From positions 640,001-704,000 of the forward strand of contig OZ220741.1 in NCBI GenBank assembly GCA_965116885.1: a DNA stretch of 64,000 nucleotides. Direction: 5' to 3'. Every line of letters begins with the position of its first letter. Position 1 is the first letter of the stretch. Both the position numbers and the translations under genes were made by a program. Positions 36,529 to 46,447 of the stretch are shown here, in pieces. The notes below the pieces were generated by a model. The model was not told where the DNA came from. It saw only the letters and a program-made list of their open reading frames with translations, and did not search any database. Source of the stretch: Candidatus Latescibacterota bacterium. Lineage in GTDB: Bacteria; Latescibacterota; UBA2968.

Positions 36529-39033
36529 CTAATCCTCTTCCCACTCAATTGTAAAACCCGTACTTTCTTCAAACGCTATCGCGCGTGTATCGGCATCCTC
36601 TGGCACCGTCGCCACCGGCACCACCACGCGATTCTCATTCAGATAAATTTTCGCCGCACCGCGCACGACGCATTCTTCCGGTGTCATTGCCCGCGCTTCC
36701 CGGGCAATCTCATCTTGATTGGCAGACGGACGCACCCGAATCTCCCACCCGATCCTCTCGCCCACCACGTCTAACACCTCCCGATAGCGTTCGCCCACCT
36801 GAGAGGAAATAAAAGCCGCCTCAATATACGAACCGCTCTTCAGGCCCATCTTTGACGGCGCGTGGGGTTGATCCCCAAACGCCTTTCGGATCTCGCTATA
36901 TGCTTTATTGATCTCCCATGCATCCCCCCTCTTCTCCGGCATAGCGACTTCTGTCTTTACACCCCCTGGCCAATCCAGTATCAAATCAAAACCCGTCTTT
37001 GCCTTAAAACCCGATGCCGCATCACCGCTCACCCGCTCCCAATCATCCCCCCCCCCCACATCAACGGCTAACACCACCGCCTTTTGATCCAGATGCAGCG
37101 CAGGCGCCTTTAAAACCCTTGCACACGCGGGCACAGCATCCTGCGCCTCTTCAAAAAGCCGACCCTGATGCGGCGTCTCCCGCAGCCTGAGCGACCAGCC
37201 CGTCTCATCCTCCAACCTGACAAGCGTCTCCCCGTACTGCTCTTGAACCACATCGGGAAAATAAAAAGCCAATTCATACATACCCTCATCTATGTATGCG
37301 CTGCACTTAAACAACCCCGCCTCGGGCGGAAAAACCGACATAATATGCGCGCGGGCCTCATTCATCTCCATCGGTCCGGAGGCTTCTGACACCTCTTTGG
37401 AATGGAACAAAAACGCACGCCGATAATCCGGCTCAAAAAATGCCCGCGAACCCGACAACAACAACCGAAAAGCCTCCACCTCTGACGGTGTCGTCATCTC
37501 TGTACCAAACCACATCTCCGCCAATTCCTGTGCGCGAAACGGCCCCTTCGCACCCGTTTCCAACACATAATTGTGTACCTCCGCAAGCGTATCATCGCTC
37601 AGAGGTCTTCCGCCTGCAATACCCGCCCGTGAAACGCGCCGACCATAGCCGCGTGGTCGCATCGTCCCCATAGCCTCCACGGAATACGCACCGCCATTCT
37701 CTGGCAACTGCACGCCCTCTGACAAATACACATCCACCATCGAAGACAGAGCACCGCGTGCCTCTGCATCGCCGTGAACGAGAAAACAGGTACGCGGTTT
37801 CAACCTCTGAACCAACCCCGTCAATTCACCCCCATCAGCATGCGCGGAAAGCGAATACGGTTCCACCTGACACGCCACGGATATGCGCTGCCCATTCAGC
37901 ATCAACACGCGCTCTTCGGGATCCTTCGCCTGCATCAGACCCAACAGCGCACGCCCGGGAGACTCTTCATCCTGATACCCCGTTATAGCAATCAAATTCG
38001 CCGCATCGCCAGCCAAACGCTCGGCATAAAAACTCGACGCGCCTCCGATCAACATCCCCGAAGACGCCACAATACAACACGGCGGCCCCGACAAAACACG
38101 GCGGCGATCAGCCGGTGACGACACCGCTCCCACAGCATCCGAATAAAAAATATCCTCATCGCGCGCCACCCTGCGCCGCACCGCTGGCGCGAGGTCATCG
38201 CCAAACGTCGAATACACCGCATTCACCGCCCGCACCATCCCATCGACAAACACGGGAAACTCGGGAATCTGCTTGCGCCGCATCGCCCGCGCCAAAATCA
38301 GAATAACCTCCTGAGAACGCCCTACGGCAAAAGCGGGAATCAAAACCTTGCCGCCCGCTTCAATCACCTCGGCCACGCGCAATGCAAGCGCGGCCTCTTG
38401 CTGGGCGCGATCTGCATGCTGGCGATTGCCATACGTCGATTCCATCACCATCACATCGGGTCGGCACTGCGGCACAACCATCCCTGGAATCGTCAACTGA
38501 TTGGCAACCGACACATCGCCCGTCATCAAAACACTCTCACTCACACCTTCGATATAAATCAATGCCGCGCCCAAAATATGCCCGGCGGGAATCCACGTCG
38601 CGGTCAACGCACCATCGCAAATCGGCACCGTTGCAAGCCACGGCACATCCACCATACGCCCCAAAGCCGCATCCGCCGCCTCGGGCGGATAAAGCGGCAA
38701 CTCGCCATCCCGGTCTTGTGCCATCAATTTCACGGCATCTGACAACAACACCCGTGTAATCGCCTGCGTTGCAGGCGTACAATACACCTTCACACCCGCC
38801 GGCAAACTATTCACCAAAACCGGCAACGCACCCGTGTGATCGGTATGCGCGTGTGTAATCAGCACCTCATCGGGTAGCCCCACATCGTCCAACACCGAAA
38901 AATTGGGCAACTGCGACCCCTGTGCAGCACCCATTCGAATACCCGCATCCACCAGAACGCGTCGCCCTTCAATCTCAATCAATGTACAGGAAGCACCGAC
39001 CTCGTCGGCACCGCCTAAAAAGTGGAGTTTCAT
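36529..39033 (-). CDS. metallo-beta-lactamase / beta-CASP ribonuclease with long C-terminal extension
   Basis: LGGADEVGASC, THAHTDHTG, AGHILGA, MESTYG, FAVGRSQE, SAHAD, VHG. Confidence 0.9.
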   Translation of the reverse strand: MKLHFLGGADEVGASCTLIEIEGRRVLVDAGIRMGAAQGSQLPNFSVLDDVGLPDEVLITHAHTDHTGALPVLVNSLPAGVKVYCTPATQAITRVLLSDAVKLMAQDRDGELPLYPPEAADAALGRMVDVPWLATVPICDGALTATWIPAGHILGAALIYIEGVSESVLMTGDVSVANQLTIPGMVVPQCRPDVMVMESTYGNRQHADRAQQEAALALRVAEVIEAGGKVLIPAFAVGRSQEVILILARAMRRKQIPEFPVFVDGMVRAVNAVYSTFGDDLAPAVRRRVARDEDIFYSDAVGAVSSPADRRRVLSGPPCCIVASSGMLIGGASSFYAERLAGDAANLIAITGYQDEESPGRALLGLMQAKDPEERVLMLNGQRISVACQVEPYSLSAHADGGELTGLVQRLKPRTCFLVHGDAEARGALSSMVDVYLSEGVQLPENGGAYSVEAMGTMRPRGYGRRVSRAGIAGGRPLSDDTLAEVHNYVLETGAKGPFRAQELAEMWFGTEMTTPSEVEAFRLLLSGSRAFFEPDYRRAFLFHSKEVSEASGPMEMNEARAHIMSVFPPEAGLFKCSAYIDEGMYELAFYFPDVVQEQYGETLVRLEDETGWSLRLRETPHQGRLFEEAQDAVPACARVLKAPALHLDQKAVVLAVDVGGGDDWERVSGDAASGFKAKTGFDLILDWPGGVKTEVAMPEKRGDAWEINKAYSEIRKAFGDQPHAPSKMGLKSGSYIEAAFISSQVGERYREVLDVVGERIGWEIRVRPSANQDEIAREARAMTPEECVVRGAAKIYLNENRVVVPVATVPEDADTRAIAFEESTGFTIEWEED

Positions 39034-39062
39034 GAAATAGCTCTCAGCGATCAGCAGTCAGC

Positions 39063-39137
39063 GGGCGACCACAGGGGGTCGCCCCTACAAAAATGAACTA
39101 ATAATATCATCGTAGGGGACGGCCCCTGTGCCGTCCC
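39063..39137. repeat. REP doublet, inverted copy of 29783-29857
   Basis: GGGCGACCACAGGGGGTCGCCCCTAC ... GTAGGGGACGGCCCCTGTGCCGTCCC. Confidence 0.8.
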
Positions 39138-39219
39138 ATTTTAAGTTGTCCCAAAAACCAAAATACGCTATTTTCCCCCCTGAGACTGTCCATACCCAAC
39201 AGCGCGAAATCGGCATCCT

Positions 39220-40227
39220 ATGATCCCACGTACCTATCTTTTAATCCTCTTAGCTATCCTGCTCTTCGGCTGCACTGAACGCCAGGTCCGCATCCACTTT
39301 GAACAGGCAGAAAAATATCGGCACGAAGGCAAAATCGACCTCGCAATCGAAGAATACAAAGCCATCATTGCCCTGAGTCCCGATGCGTTTGACGCCCTCA
39401 ACAACCTGGGCTATCTCTATGTTGGAAAAGGTCAATATGCCAACGCCATTGCACAATATCAAAAAGCCATAGCCGTCAAGCCCGACTTTGCCGAAGCCCA
39501 CTTCAACCTGGGCGTCGCCTATGTCGCGCATAGTCAAATCGACAGCGCCATAGCCGCGTATCAGCGCGCGCTCCAATACGATCCCAAAAACCACGAAATC
39601 CACAACAACCTGGGCGCCGCCCACACCATGGCCGGCAATCGCACAGAAGCCGAAGTCAGCTACCAGCAGGCACTCAAACTCAAACCCGACTACGCCGACG
39701 TGTACCACAACCTCGGACTACTCTACACTTATGAAAGCCGATATAGAGACGCCATCCCACAATACGAAAAAGCCATCCGCTACAAACCCAACTTTGCCGA
39801 CGCGTACAATAACATGGGCAATGCGTACCTCGAATTGGGACAATATGAAAACGCCATCCAGCACTTTCAAACCGCCATTCGCCTCCAGCCCAATCACGCA
39901 CTCGCCCAGGAAAACCTTCGAGAAACCAGAACGCGCATAGAAGCACGCGAAGCTGGAGAAATGCGCGTCCAGCACATCCTCGTCAAAACCGAAGCCGACG
40001 CCCACAAACTACTCGAACAACTCGACTCAGGTGCCGAATTTGGCGCTTTGGCACAACTCTATTCCACCGACACTGCATCGGGGCGACAAGGCGGCGACCT
40101 CGGCGCATTTCTCCCCGGCACGCTCTTGCCCAAATTTGAACAAGCCGTAAAGAAAATCGAACCAGGAAAAATCGGTGGCCCCGTCAAAACCCCAGCCGGT
40201 TATCACATCATCAAACGCATCTATTAA
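39220..40227 (+). CDS. TPR-repeat lipoprotein with C-terminal parvulin (PpiC) peptidyl-prolyl isomerase
   Basis: Lipobox LLFGC; about six TPRs (NNLG...Y); HILVKTE, GGDLG, PVKTPAGYHIIK. Confidence 0.88.
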   Translation: MIPRTYLLILLAILLFGCTERQVRIHFEQAEKYRHEGKIDLAIEEYKAIIALSPDAFDALNNLGYLYVGKGQYANAIAQYQKAIAVKPDFAEAHFNLGVAYVAHSQIDSAIAAYQRALQYDPKNHEIHNNLGAAHTMAGNRTEAEVSYQQALKLKPDYADVYHNLGLLYTYESRYRDAIPQYEKAIRYKPNFADAYNNMGNAYLELGQYENAIQHFQTAIRLQPNHALAQENLRETRTRIEAREAGEMRVQHILVKTEADAHKLLEQLDSGAEFGALAQLYSTDTASGRQGGDLGAFLPGTLLPKFEQAVKKIEPGKIGGPVKTPAGYHIIKRIY

Positions 40228-40231
40228 CCCC

Positions 40232-42958
40232 TCAATCACCCAGCACAAACTGCGCCTGCTTGCTCACGCTGGGCGTATCTGATTTGTTCAAATCCGTCAC
40301 CACCACCTCAATCTCCAATTGCTCTTTGCTATTCTCGGGCACATCCAGTGCAATATAAAGCGGCTCCGATGTCGCAGTACCCGTATGCTCATAAGAAATC
40401 TGCACCCCATCAGCCCGTGGCGTTTGGCCCAACAACCGTCCCAATCCCCGAATCAGCCCCGTACCCTGTACCCCCTTAAGCCTGTACTCCACGCGGTAAC
40501 TCGTTTGCCCAAACGCATCCCGACTCAAATTGTAAACCTCGTAATAGAGATAAACTGGTTGCGCCTTCGCAAAAGTCTTAGACGGCAGGGGTACTACCCG
40601 CAAATCTCCCTTTTGGAACTTCCCTGCCTGCTCTCCCACCTCGACAATCTGCCCCGCCAGTTCCAGATCGCTCAGCGCCAGAGCCTCACCGCGGAAAGAT
40701 TGAACTGTGACATACGTCTTATGCGCCTGAATTTTTCGACTTATGGGATCGCGCACCTGAGTAGCCAGGAAATACTGCCCAGGAGACAGTGCCGCACGCA
40801 CCTGATCCACCATCAGCGTCCCCTTCCCCGCCTGCCCACTGATAGCTTCAGCCACCCGCACGCTATCCCGAAAAACCGGCCTCAGCGAACGATCGTAAAC
40901 CACCACGTCTCGATCCAGCATCACCTGTGAATTTCCCGACGGCGTCAAAGCGGCCATCGGCACACCCATATACGTCTCCATAGCCGTCTCGCGCTCAGAT
41001 TCGCGGAAATTTGCCGTGTACATATAAAAATCCAGAGGATCGCCCCCGTAATCGTGCACATAAACCGAAGGCGTATGGGACACAACCCGTGCCACAACCG
41101 TCTCGGGCGCCATCCTCGACCACAGCGCGTGATTGGGCGAATTGGGCGGAATAGGCGCGAAATCGAAAAAACCACTACCCGTCGGATCCAGAAACGTAAT
41201 CTCGATTCCCCCGCCAACCTCGGCATAAATCCACGACTCCCACTTATAACCCAGTTCAGACCCATCGCGCATCACACTGCGCCTGCGCGGCACCGGAAAA
41301 GTCGGCATCCCCCGCAACTCAGCCGTCTCAGCCTCCACCCCATATCCATACGACGAACTCGACTGCCCGTGTACATGCTTGCTCGGCGCAACTTCCTCCA
41401 GAGCATTTGCAGCCATCATATTCAGGCGATTCTTCACCTTTGCGACTTTTTCATCCGTCTCAAACACCAGATAATCCGACCAACTCTGATGATCTGGATG
41501 CCCCAGCCGAATGTACACATCGCCCCGCCGGTCCCATCCCCGGCCGTGCCACTCTTCCAGGCCCTCGGTAAAATTTGAACGCGCAAAATGCACCCGCCGA
41601 TAATGCTCAACGCGACGCTCGTTCACCTGTGTCGTAGGCGTGGGATCCTGCTCCAGCCAGAAAACTTCTCGAAGCTGTGTTAGCGACCGCCCAAAAGCCG
41701 TCTGCATTTTGGAAAGCACCTCGGCAGGGGCCACCAGCGACAAATCCTGATAGTATTCCCGCTCTGTCGGATCCAAAAACTGGAAATAACGCTCAAAAGC
41801 CACCTGCGCCTGGGCAAAATCCTCCCGCTCAATATACATCTCGGCCAAAAGCGGCAAATACTCTTTCGGCTTTGTCTGTGCCATCTCCTTCAACTCATCC
41901 AGACTATAGGTCTCCTCCCCCACACTCTTCAGCCGCATCGCCACATACGCCAGACGCGCAGGCGTAATGGGATGCCCGGGATTTACCGCTATCTGCCGCG
42001 AATACGCTTTCATCGCCTTGTCGTAATAGCGCAGCGACTCGTAAAAAACACCCAGCTTGAAATACGCGTCATAGTGATCCGGAAAAAGCTCCACCACATT
42101 CCCAAAATAGTGATCCAGATCCACCCGATCCATTCCCACCATCGCCAGATGGCACATCCCCAAATTGTAGTGTGCCGCCGTATATGCCTTGTCCATCGCG
42201 CAGGTCTCGCGGAACAACCTCAGTGCCCGCGACTTCTGGCCCGGCATCTTCAGCGCCGCCAGCGCCCGGCCGTTGCGCGCCTCCACAAATCTTCTCTTTT
42301 TTTGAATCGCCTTTAAGAACAATTTTTCAGCCTCTTTTACATCGTCTTGTTCCAGGCGAAGATAGCCCAGCGCACACATCGCCACCACATCATTCGGATG
42401 TAAAATCAGCATCCGGTCGCAAATACGGGCAGCCTCCTTCACCAGCTTCTCATCCGGAGCCTGCGCCCGCGTAATATACTTCTTCGGAATCAGGTCTCCC
42501 CGCTCAAAATACGCATCTGACACCGTCACATAGCGGCGCCCAAAGTGGTAATCGTAATAATACTTCAGCACCAGCGGATTGCGCGCCTGCCAGAACCGCG
42601 CCAAAAACAGTCCCTTGTTCTTCCGATCCAGTGCCTTGTAAAAAGCCGCCGTATCCGCGTCGGCCACCTCCGCCAAAACCAAACCTGCCACTTGCTCTTC
42701 AAACTCGCCAAAACTCGCCTGCAATTCTACCTCGGCAACCTGTTCCTCAGTCTCCCCTGCATTGTCCTCTCGCTCTAAAATTTTGATGTGTACCCGCTCT
42801 ACCCGAAGCTCGCCGATCAAAGTCTTAAGCACCACATCTGACTCCGATTCCGACACAATCTCACCCTTCAAAACCGTGCCATCCACGAGCAACACCGTTG
42901 CACCATAAGCGGGCGTAACCGCCAAAAAGAGGCAAAGCGCAATTAAGAAAGTCTTCAT
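40232..42958 (-). CDS. GWxTD-domain and TPR-containing exported protein
   Basis: Signal peptide MKTFLIAL; TPRs; FWLEQDPTPTTQVNERRVEHYRRV...GWDRRGDVYIRLGHP; C-terminal LSDLELA/YYEVYNL domain. Confidence 0.8.
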   Translation of the reverse strand: MKTFLIALCLFLAVTPAYGATVLLVDGTVLKGEIVSESESDVVLKTLIGELRVERVHIKILEREDNAGETEEQVAEVELQASFGEFEEQVAGLVLAEVADADTAAFYKALDRKNKGLFLARFWQARNPLVLKYYYDYHFGRRYVTVSDAYFERGDLIPKKYITRAQAPDEKLVKEAARICDRMLILHPNDVVAMCALGYLRLEQDDVKEAEKLFLKAIQKKRRFVEARNGRALAALKMPGQKSRALRLFRETCAMDKAYTAAHYNLGMCHLAMVGMDRVDLDHYFGNVVELFPDHYDAYFKLGVFYESLRYYDKAMKAYSRQIAVNPGHPITPARLAYVAMRLKSVGEETYSLDELKEMAQTKPKEYLPLLAEMYIEREDFAQAQVAFERYFQFLDPTEREYYQDLSLVAPAEVLSKMQTAFGRSLTQLREVFWLEQDPTPTTQVNERRVEHYRRVHFARSNFTEGLEEWHGRGWDRRGDVYIRLGHPDHQSWSDYLVFETDEKVAKVKNRLNMMAANALEEVAPSKHVHGQSSSSYGYGVEAETAELRGMPTFPVPRRRSVMRDGSELGYKWESWIYAEVGGGIEITFLDPTGSGFFDFAPIPPNSPNHALWSRMAPETVVARVVSHTPSVYVHDYGGDPLDFYMYTANFRESERETAMETYMGVPMAALTPSGNSQVMLDRDVVVYDRSLRPVFRDSVRVAEAISGQAGKGTLMVDQVRAALSPGQYFLATQVRDPISRKIQAHKTYVTVQSFRGEALALSDLELAGQIVEVGEQAGKFQKGDLRVVPLPSKTFAKAQPVYLYYEVYNLSRDAFGQTSYRVEYRLKGVQGTGLIRGLGRLLGQTPRADGVQISYEHTGTATSEPLYIALDVPENSKEQLEIEVVVTDLNKSDTPSVSKQAQFVLGD

Positions 42959-43039
42959 AATTACATCCCTATCCTGAAGAACCCCGGAAAAAGCAAGGGC
43001 AGATACAATACCCCTTCCCCACATACCTGTCAAGCCATG

Positions 43040-43074
43040 AAAAAACGGCGGAAGGATATGATATCCTTCCGCCG
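43040..43074 (-). terminator. intrinsic terminator after the PorV-like gene
   Basis: CGGCGGAAGGATAT-G-ATATCCTTCCGCCG stem with a T-run on the minus strand. Confidence 0.75.
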
Positions 43075-43112
43075 ATTATATTACCTCGGAGTGTTAATCT
43101 TCAAGTCAGAGG

Positions 43113-44195
43113 CTAAAAATCAACAGCCCCTGAAATCACATGCACAGAAGAAAAGAAATCGCTGTCAAATGCCTTAAAGGCATAATCGAACTTAACACCC
43201 CTGCCAGTTTCCGTCAAATACTTCAGACCACCGCCAAAAGCATAGCTCTCTGTATCGTGATTGGTCTTGTAACCCGCACGACCAGAAAAACCAATCGGAC
43301 TACCGGCAGCCTGGAATGTGTATTCAATTCCCACCAGAACCTGCTCGTCAAAATCCACGGGATTCGTCACATCAAAAGCCAGATTCAGATGATGGGGCAC
43401 CGGAATGCTACCCGACAGTGACAATACATCCACCAGCATTCCCAAACGGATATTGCGCGGCAACTCAAACGATTCGCGCTGATAGGTCTGCTCAAAGCTG
43501 TAATTTTGCACCGTCATCGCCAGAATCGTATTGCGGAAGCCCGTATTGAAATACGTGCCCAGATCCACGGCAAAGGCTGTCTTTGAGTTATCCACAGTCG
43601 TGCGGTTGCCACCAATCAACACACTTCCAGTACCCAAATTCTGACTGGCAATCTTTATATTGGCTCCCACCGAAAAGCGATCCGTAATCTTCATACCATA
43701 AGCCGCAGAAAGCGCGTAATTAGACGTAGTAAATGTTCCCGTCTCAGTAAAACCCGCACCTGCAGGATTTGGATCAATGGCAGTGCCATTGAAATTACCG
43801 GCATCATAAGTCACAAACCCCAAACCAAAGGTACCGCGGCCTGGAATATTGAGCGCCGCACCAGCGACCTGGCTTTTGGTATCCGCAATCCATGAAACAT
43901 AAGTGAAAAATGCTTCGCGACCATCGAAAAACGCCAGTGTTGCGGGATTGGTAAACACACCAGACGCGGAACCGATCATACCTGTACCTGCACCTGCAAG
44001 GGCTGCAGAACGCGCATTGGTCGGCAGCTTCAAAAATGTAAAGCCGGCCTGAGCAACTTTGATAAATATGGGATTGTTTTCTTCGTGATTTTCTGGCAAA
44101 ATTTTATCTGGCACACGCAGTTGCGCTTGTGTTGTTGTGGCCAGAAGCCCGAAAGACAACGCGAGCATCATGAGGGCCAGTTTTGTGTATTTCAC
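43113..44195 (-). CDS. PorV/PorQ-family outer-membrane beta-barrel
   Basis: Signal peptide; FLKLPTNARSAALAG, FTNPATL, WIAD, terminal aromatic residue (VDF). Confidence 0.8.
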   Translation of the reverse strand: MKYTKLALMMLALSFGLLATTTQAQLRVPDKILPENHEENNPIFIKVAQAGFTFLKLPTNARSAALAGAGTGMIGSASGVFTNPATLAFFDGREAFFTYVSWIADTKSQVAGAALNIPGRGTFGLGFVTYDAGNFNGTAIDPNPAGAGFTETGTFTTSNYALSAAYGMKITDRFSVGANIKIASQNLGTGSVLIGGNRTTVDNSKTAFAVDLGTYFNTGFRNTILAMTVQNYSFEQTYQRESFELPRNIRLGMLVDVLSLSGSIPVPHHLNLAFDVTNPVDFDEQVLVGIEYTFQAAGSPIGFSGRAGYKTNHDTESYAFGGGLKYLTETGRGVKFDYAFKAFDSDFFSSVHVISGAVDF

Positions 44196-44251
44196 AACTT
44201 ATCTCCTTGATCAAAAGCAAGTCAAATATTGATTGACTGCTAAAAGCTCTC

Positions 44252-46369
44252 TTACCTGACCACGACAAAGCGTTCGATGTGCTTGGCACCAGTTGCCGTA
44301 TCTTCGATGTGAGCAAAATAAATCCCGCTCACCAGGAACTGGTTATTATCCGAAGTCATCAGATCCCATGACTCATCGCCAGAGCCAGAAGTGTGGTCAA
44401 TGCGCGTCACGAGATCACCGGTAATGGTAAAAATGTGGATAACCGCCTGCCCCGGCAAATTCACAAACTGCAACTTATTGGGCTGTCCCTGATAGTTAAA
44501 ACCCCCATCATTGAGTTGCCCGCCCTGAACCTGATAGGGATTGGGCACAATGCGAACCTGCGTAATATCACTGGCGGGACCGCGGAAAGGACTCACGCCC
44601 TCTGCTTCGGTGCGCGTGGCAAACCGACTGCTCTCCAGACCATTGGCATCAACGGCTGTCACGGAATAATAATACCTCGTACCGCGAAGAGCCGTCTCAT
44701 CGTTAAATGTAGTACCTGTTGGCGATCCAATCAGTTCGGGAACTTCTGTATGACGACCCGCGTAGCGATACACATTATAATGGGCCGCACCGGAAACCGC
44801 ATCCCAACTCAACTCGTTGAGATCGGGACCAGAGGTTACCGTCACTGAAGCGGGCCAATTGGGCGTAGCGGGCAATCGGGGCATCGTACTCGTGCGATTT
44901 GCCCATGCCTCGCGCGCAACTGCCACCGTCGCCTTCAGCGAGTCCAGACCACTGTCGAGAAAAGCTTCTTTTTCCATAAAACCAATCGTGCCATCTGCCC
45001 AGGCCTTGCCCACGCGTTTGTTTTCCGCTTCAGACGGACCGGCGACAATCACGGCAGACACAATGTGAATGCTCTGCCCCTGCTTTAAGTCCCAGGGACC
45101 AAAGGTCGTGACCCACTGATAGATCTGCTCTGTGGTCACATACCCCGCCCGGTCGGGATCGGAATCTGCAATCCGTTCATCGCGCGTGGAGCCCGGCTGC
45201 ACATAAAAATCATACACGGTCTTGCGGTCAGCTGTGCGCGTACTCGTCCATACTTCACCCGGCACCCAGCGCACATGGCGCGGCTGTGAATTTTCGAGAT
45301 CGGAATTGTCATCCAGCCAGTTCTCGCCCAACACATTGGGATCATTGGTAGGCGTCTTATCCACATGCAAAAACACGCGGCCTTTGTAGTGCGATTCCAT
45401 AAATTCGCCCGAACTGATATTGGCATCGCGTACCCCATCGAGCAAATCGCCAGCTGCTGGCGCGGGTTCGCCGCGGTCATCGCCATCGGGACGATACCCC
45501 AACTTATCGCTGTCATCGCCATCGTGGATGTAGAGCAGCTTTTCATCATCATCCCAGTAATTCACCTCATCCCATATACCGCCAGCGAGCAGGCCAGCAT
45601 CGTAAGCGCGGCCCCCATCTTCGGGATTAATCGTGATATGCGCGCCACCAGCAGGACCTGAACCACCGCGCTGCAAATAGTAGTTCAACCCAATATGGAA
45701 ATCGTCATAAGACGGATTCTTCTGAGCCGTTTCCGGGCTTGCAGCAATACCGCGTTCGCCCGCACGCAGATCAACCACATGCGGATTTTCTGGATATGTA
45801 ATCGTCGTGACTTCAAAGATCATATCGTCGGCATTCTGGTTTGCCCAGGAATACGTCTCGCGCACAATGCGCAAGCCCTCAGAGTTTACAATCGTACTGC
45901 TGATCATAAAATCAGCACCTAAATCTGACCGCACAGCATCGTCGTCTTCGGGGAACAAACGCCAATTCGTACGCAATATCTCTTTGCCATCCTGAGTCAA
46001 CGTTGGCGGATTGATGCGGAAGAACTTCGGATTGGGTCTGTTCAGTCGCGTCTGTGTGCCCCCCAACCTCGAAGACGAAAAATCGGCGAGGTCATCGAGC
46101 AGGTCATTGCACCAGGGGCTTTGCGTGGTATTCACCAGATGTTGCCCGCCTTCGTAATAGCTGGGCACATTAAACGTCGAATATAGCCCCACAACCGCAA
46201 AACCCGAATTCCCAATGCGATACCCGATATCCGGATCTGTATCGCCTGTTTCGAGACCGCCGGGCCAAACCAGACGGCCTGAGCTCCACAGCGTACCGAT
46301 CTCGTGACTCTGTGCATAAGCACTACCGGCCATCAGTATCGCTATCAGCACAAATACAAAACGTTTCAT
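44252..46369 (-). CDS. secreted protein with Fn3-like and T9SS-type C-terminal sorting domain
   Basis: Signal peptide MKRFVF...AYA; YYYSVTAVD; VRIVPNPY, FVNLP, IFTITGDLV, VSGIYFAHI, RFVVVR. Confidence 0.75.
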   Translation of the reverse strand: MKRFVFVLIAILMAGSAYAQSHEIGTLWSSGRLVWPGGLETGDTDPDIGYRIGNSGFAVVGLYSTFNVPSYYEGGQHLVNTTQSPWCNDLLDDLADFSSSRLGGTQTRLNRPNPKFFRINPPTLTQDGKEILRTNWRLFPEDDDAVRSDLGADFMISSTIVNSEGLRIVRETYSWANQNADDMIFEVTTITYPENPHVVDLRAGERGIAASPETAQKNPSYDDFHIGLNYYLQRGGSGPAGGAHITINPEDGGRAYDAGLLAGGIWDEVNYWDDDEKLLYIHDGDDSDKLGYRPDGDDRGEPAPAAGDLLDGVRDANISSGEFMESHYKGRVFLHVDKTPTNDPNVLGENWLDDNSDLENSQPRHVRWVPGEVWTSTRTADRKTVYDFYVQPGSTRDERIADSDPDRAGYVTTEQIYQWVTTFGPWDLKQGQSIHIVSAVIVAGPSEAENKRVGKAWADGTIGFMEKEAFLDSGLDSLKATVAVAREAWANRTSTMPRLPATPNWPASVTVTSGPDLNELSWDAVSGAAHYNVYRYAGRHTEVPELIGSPTGTTFNDETALRGTRYYYSVTAVDANGLESSRFATRTEAEGVSPFRGPASDITQVRIVPNPYQVQGGQLNDGGFNYQGQPNKLQFVNLPGQAVIHIFTITGDLVTRIDHTSGSGDESWDLMTSDNNQFLVSGIYFAHIEDTATGAKHIERFVVVR

Positions 46370-46447
46370 AAGTTTATACTCCTGTAAAAACGATTCAAAA
46401 TCTGTCTCCCTCTCCCACTTGCAGGAGAGGGAGAGAATGGACACACA

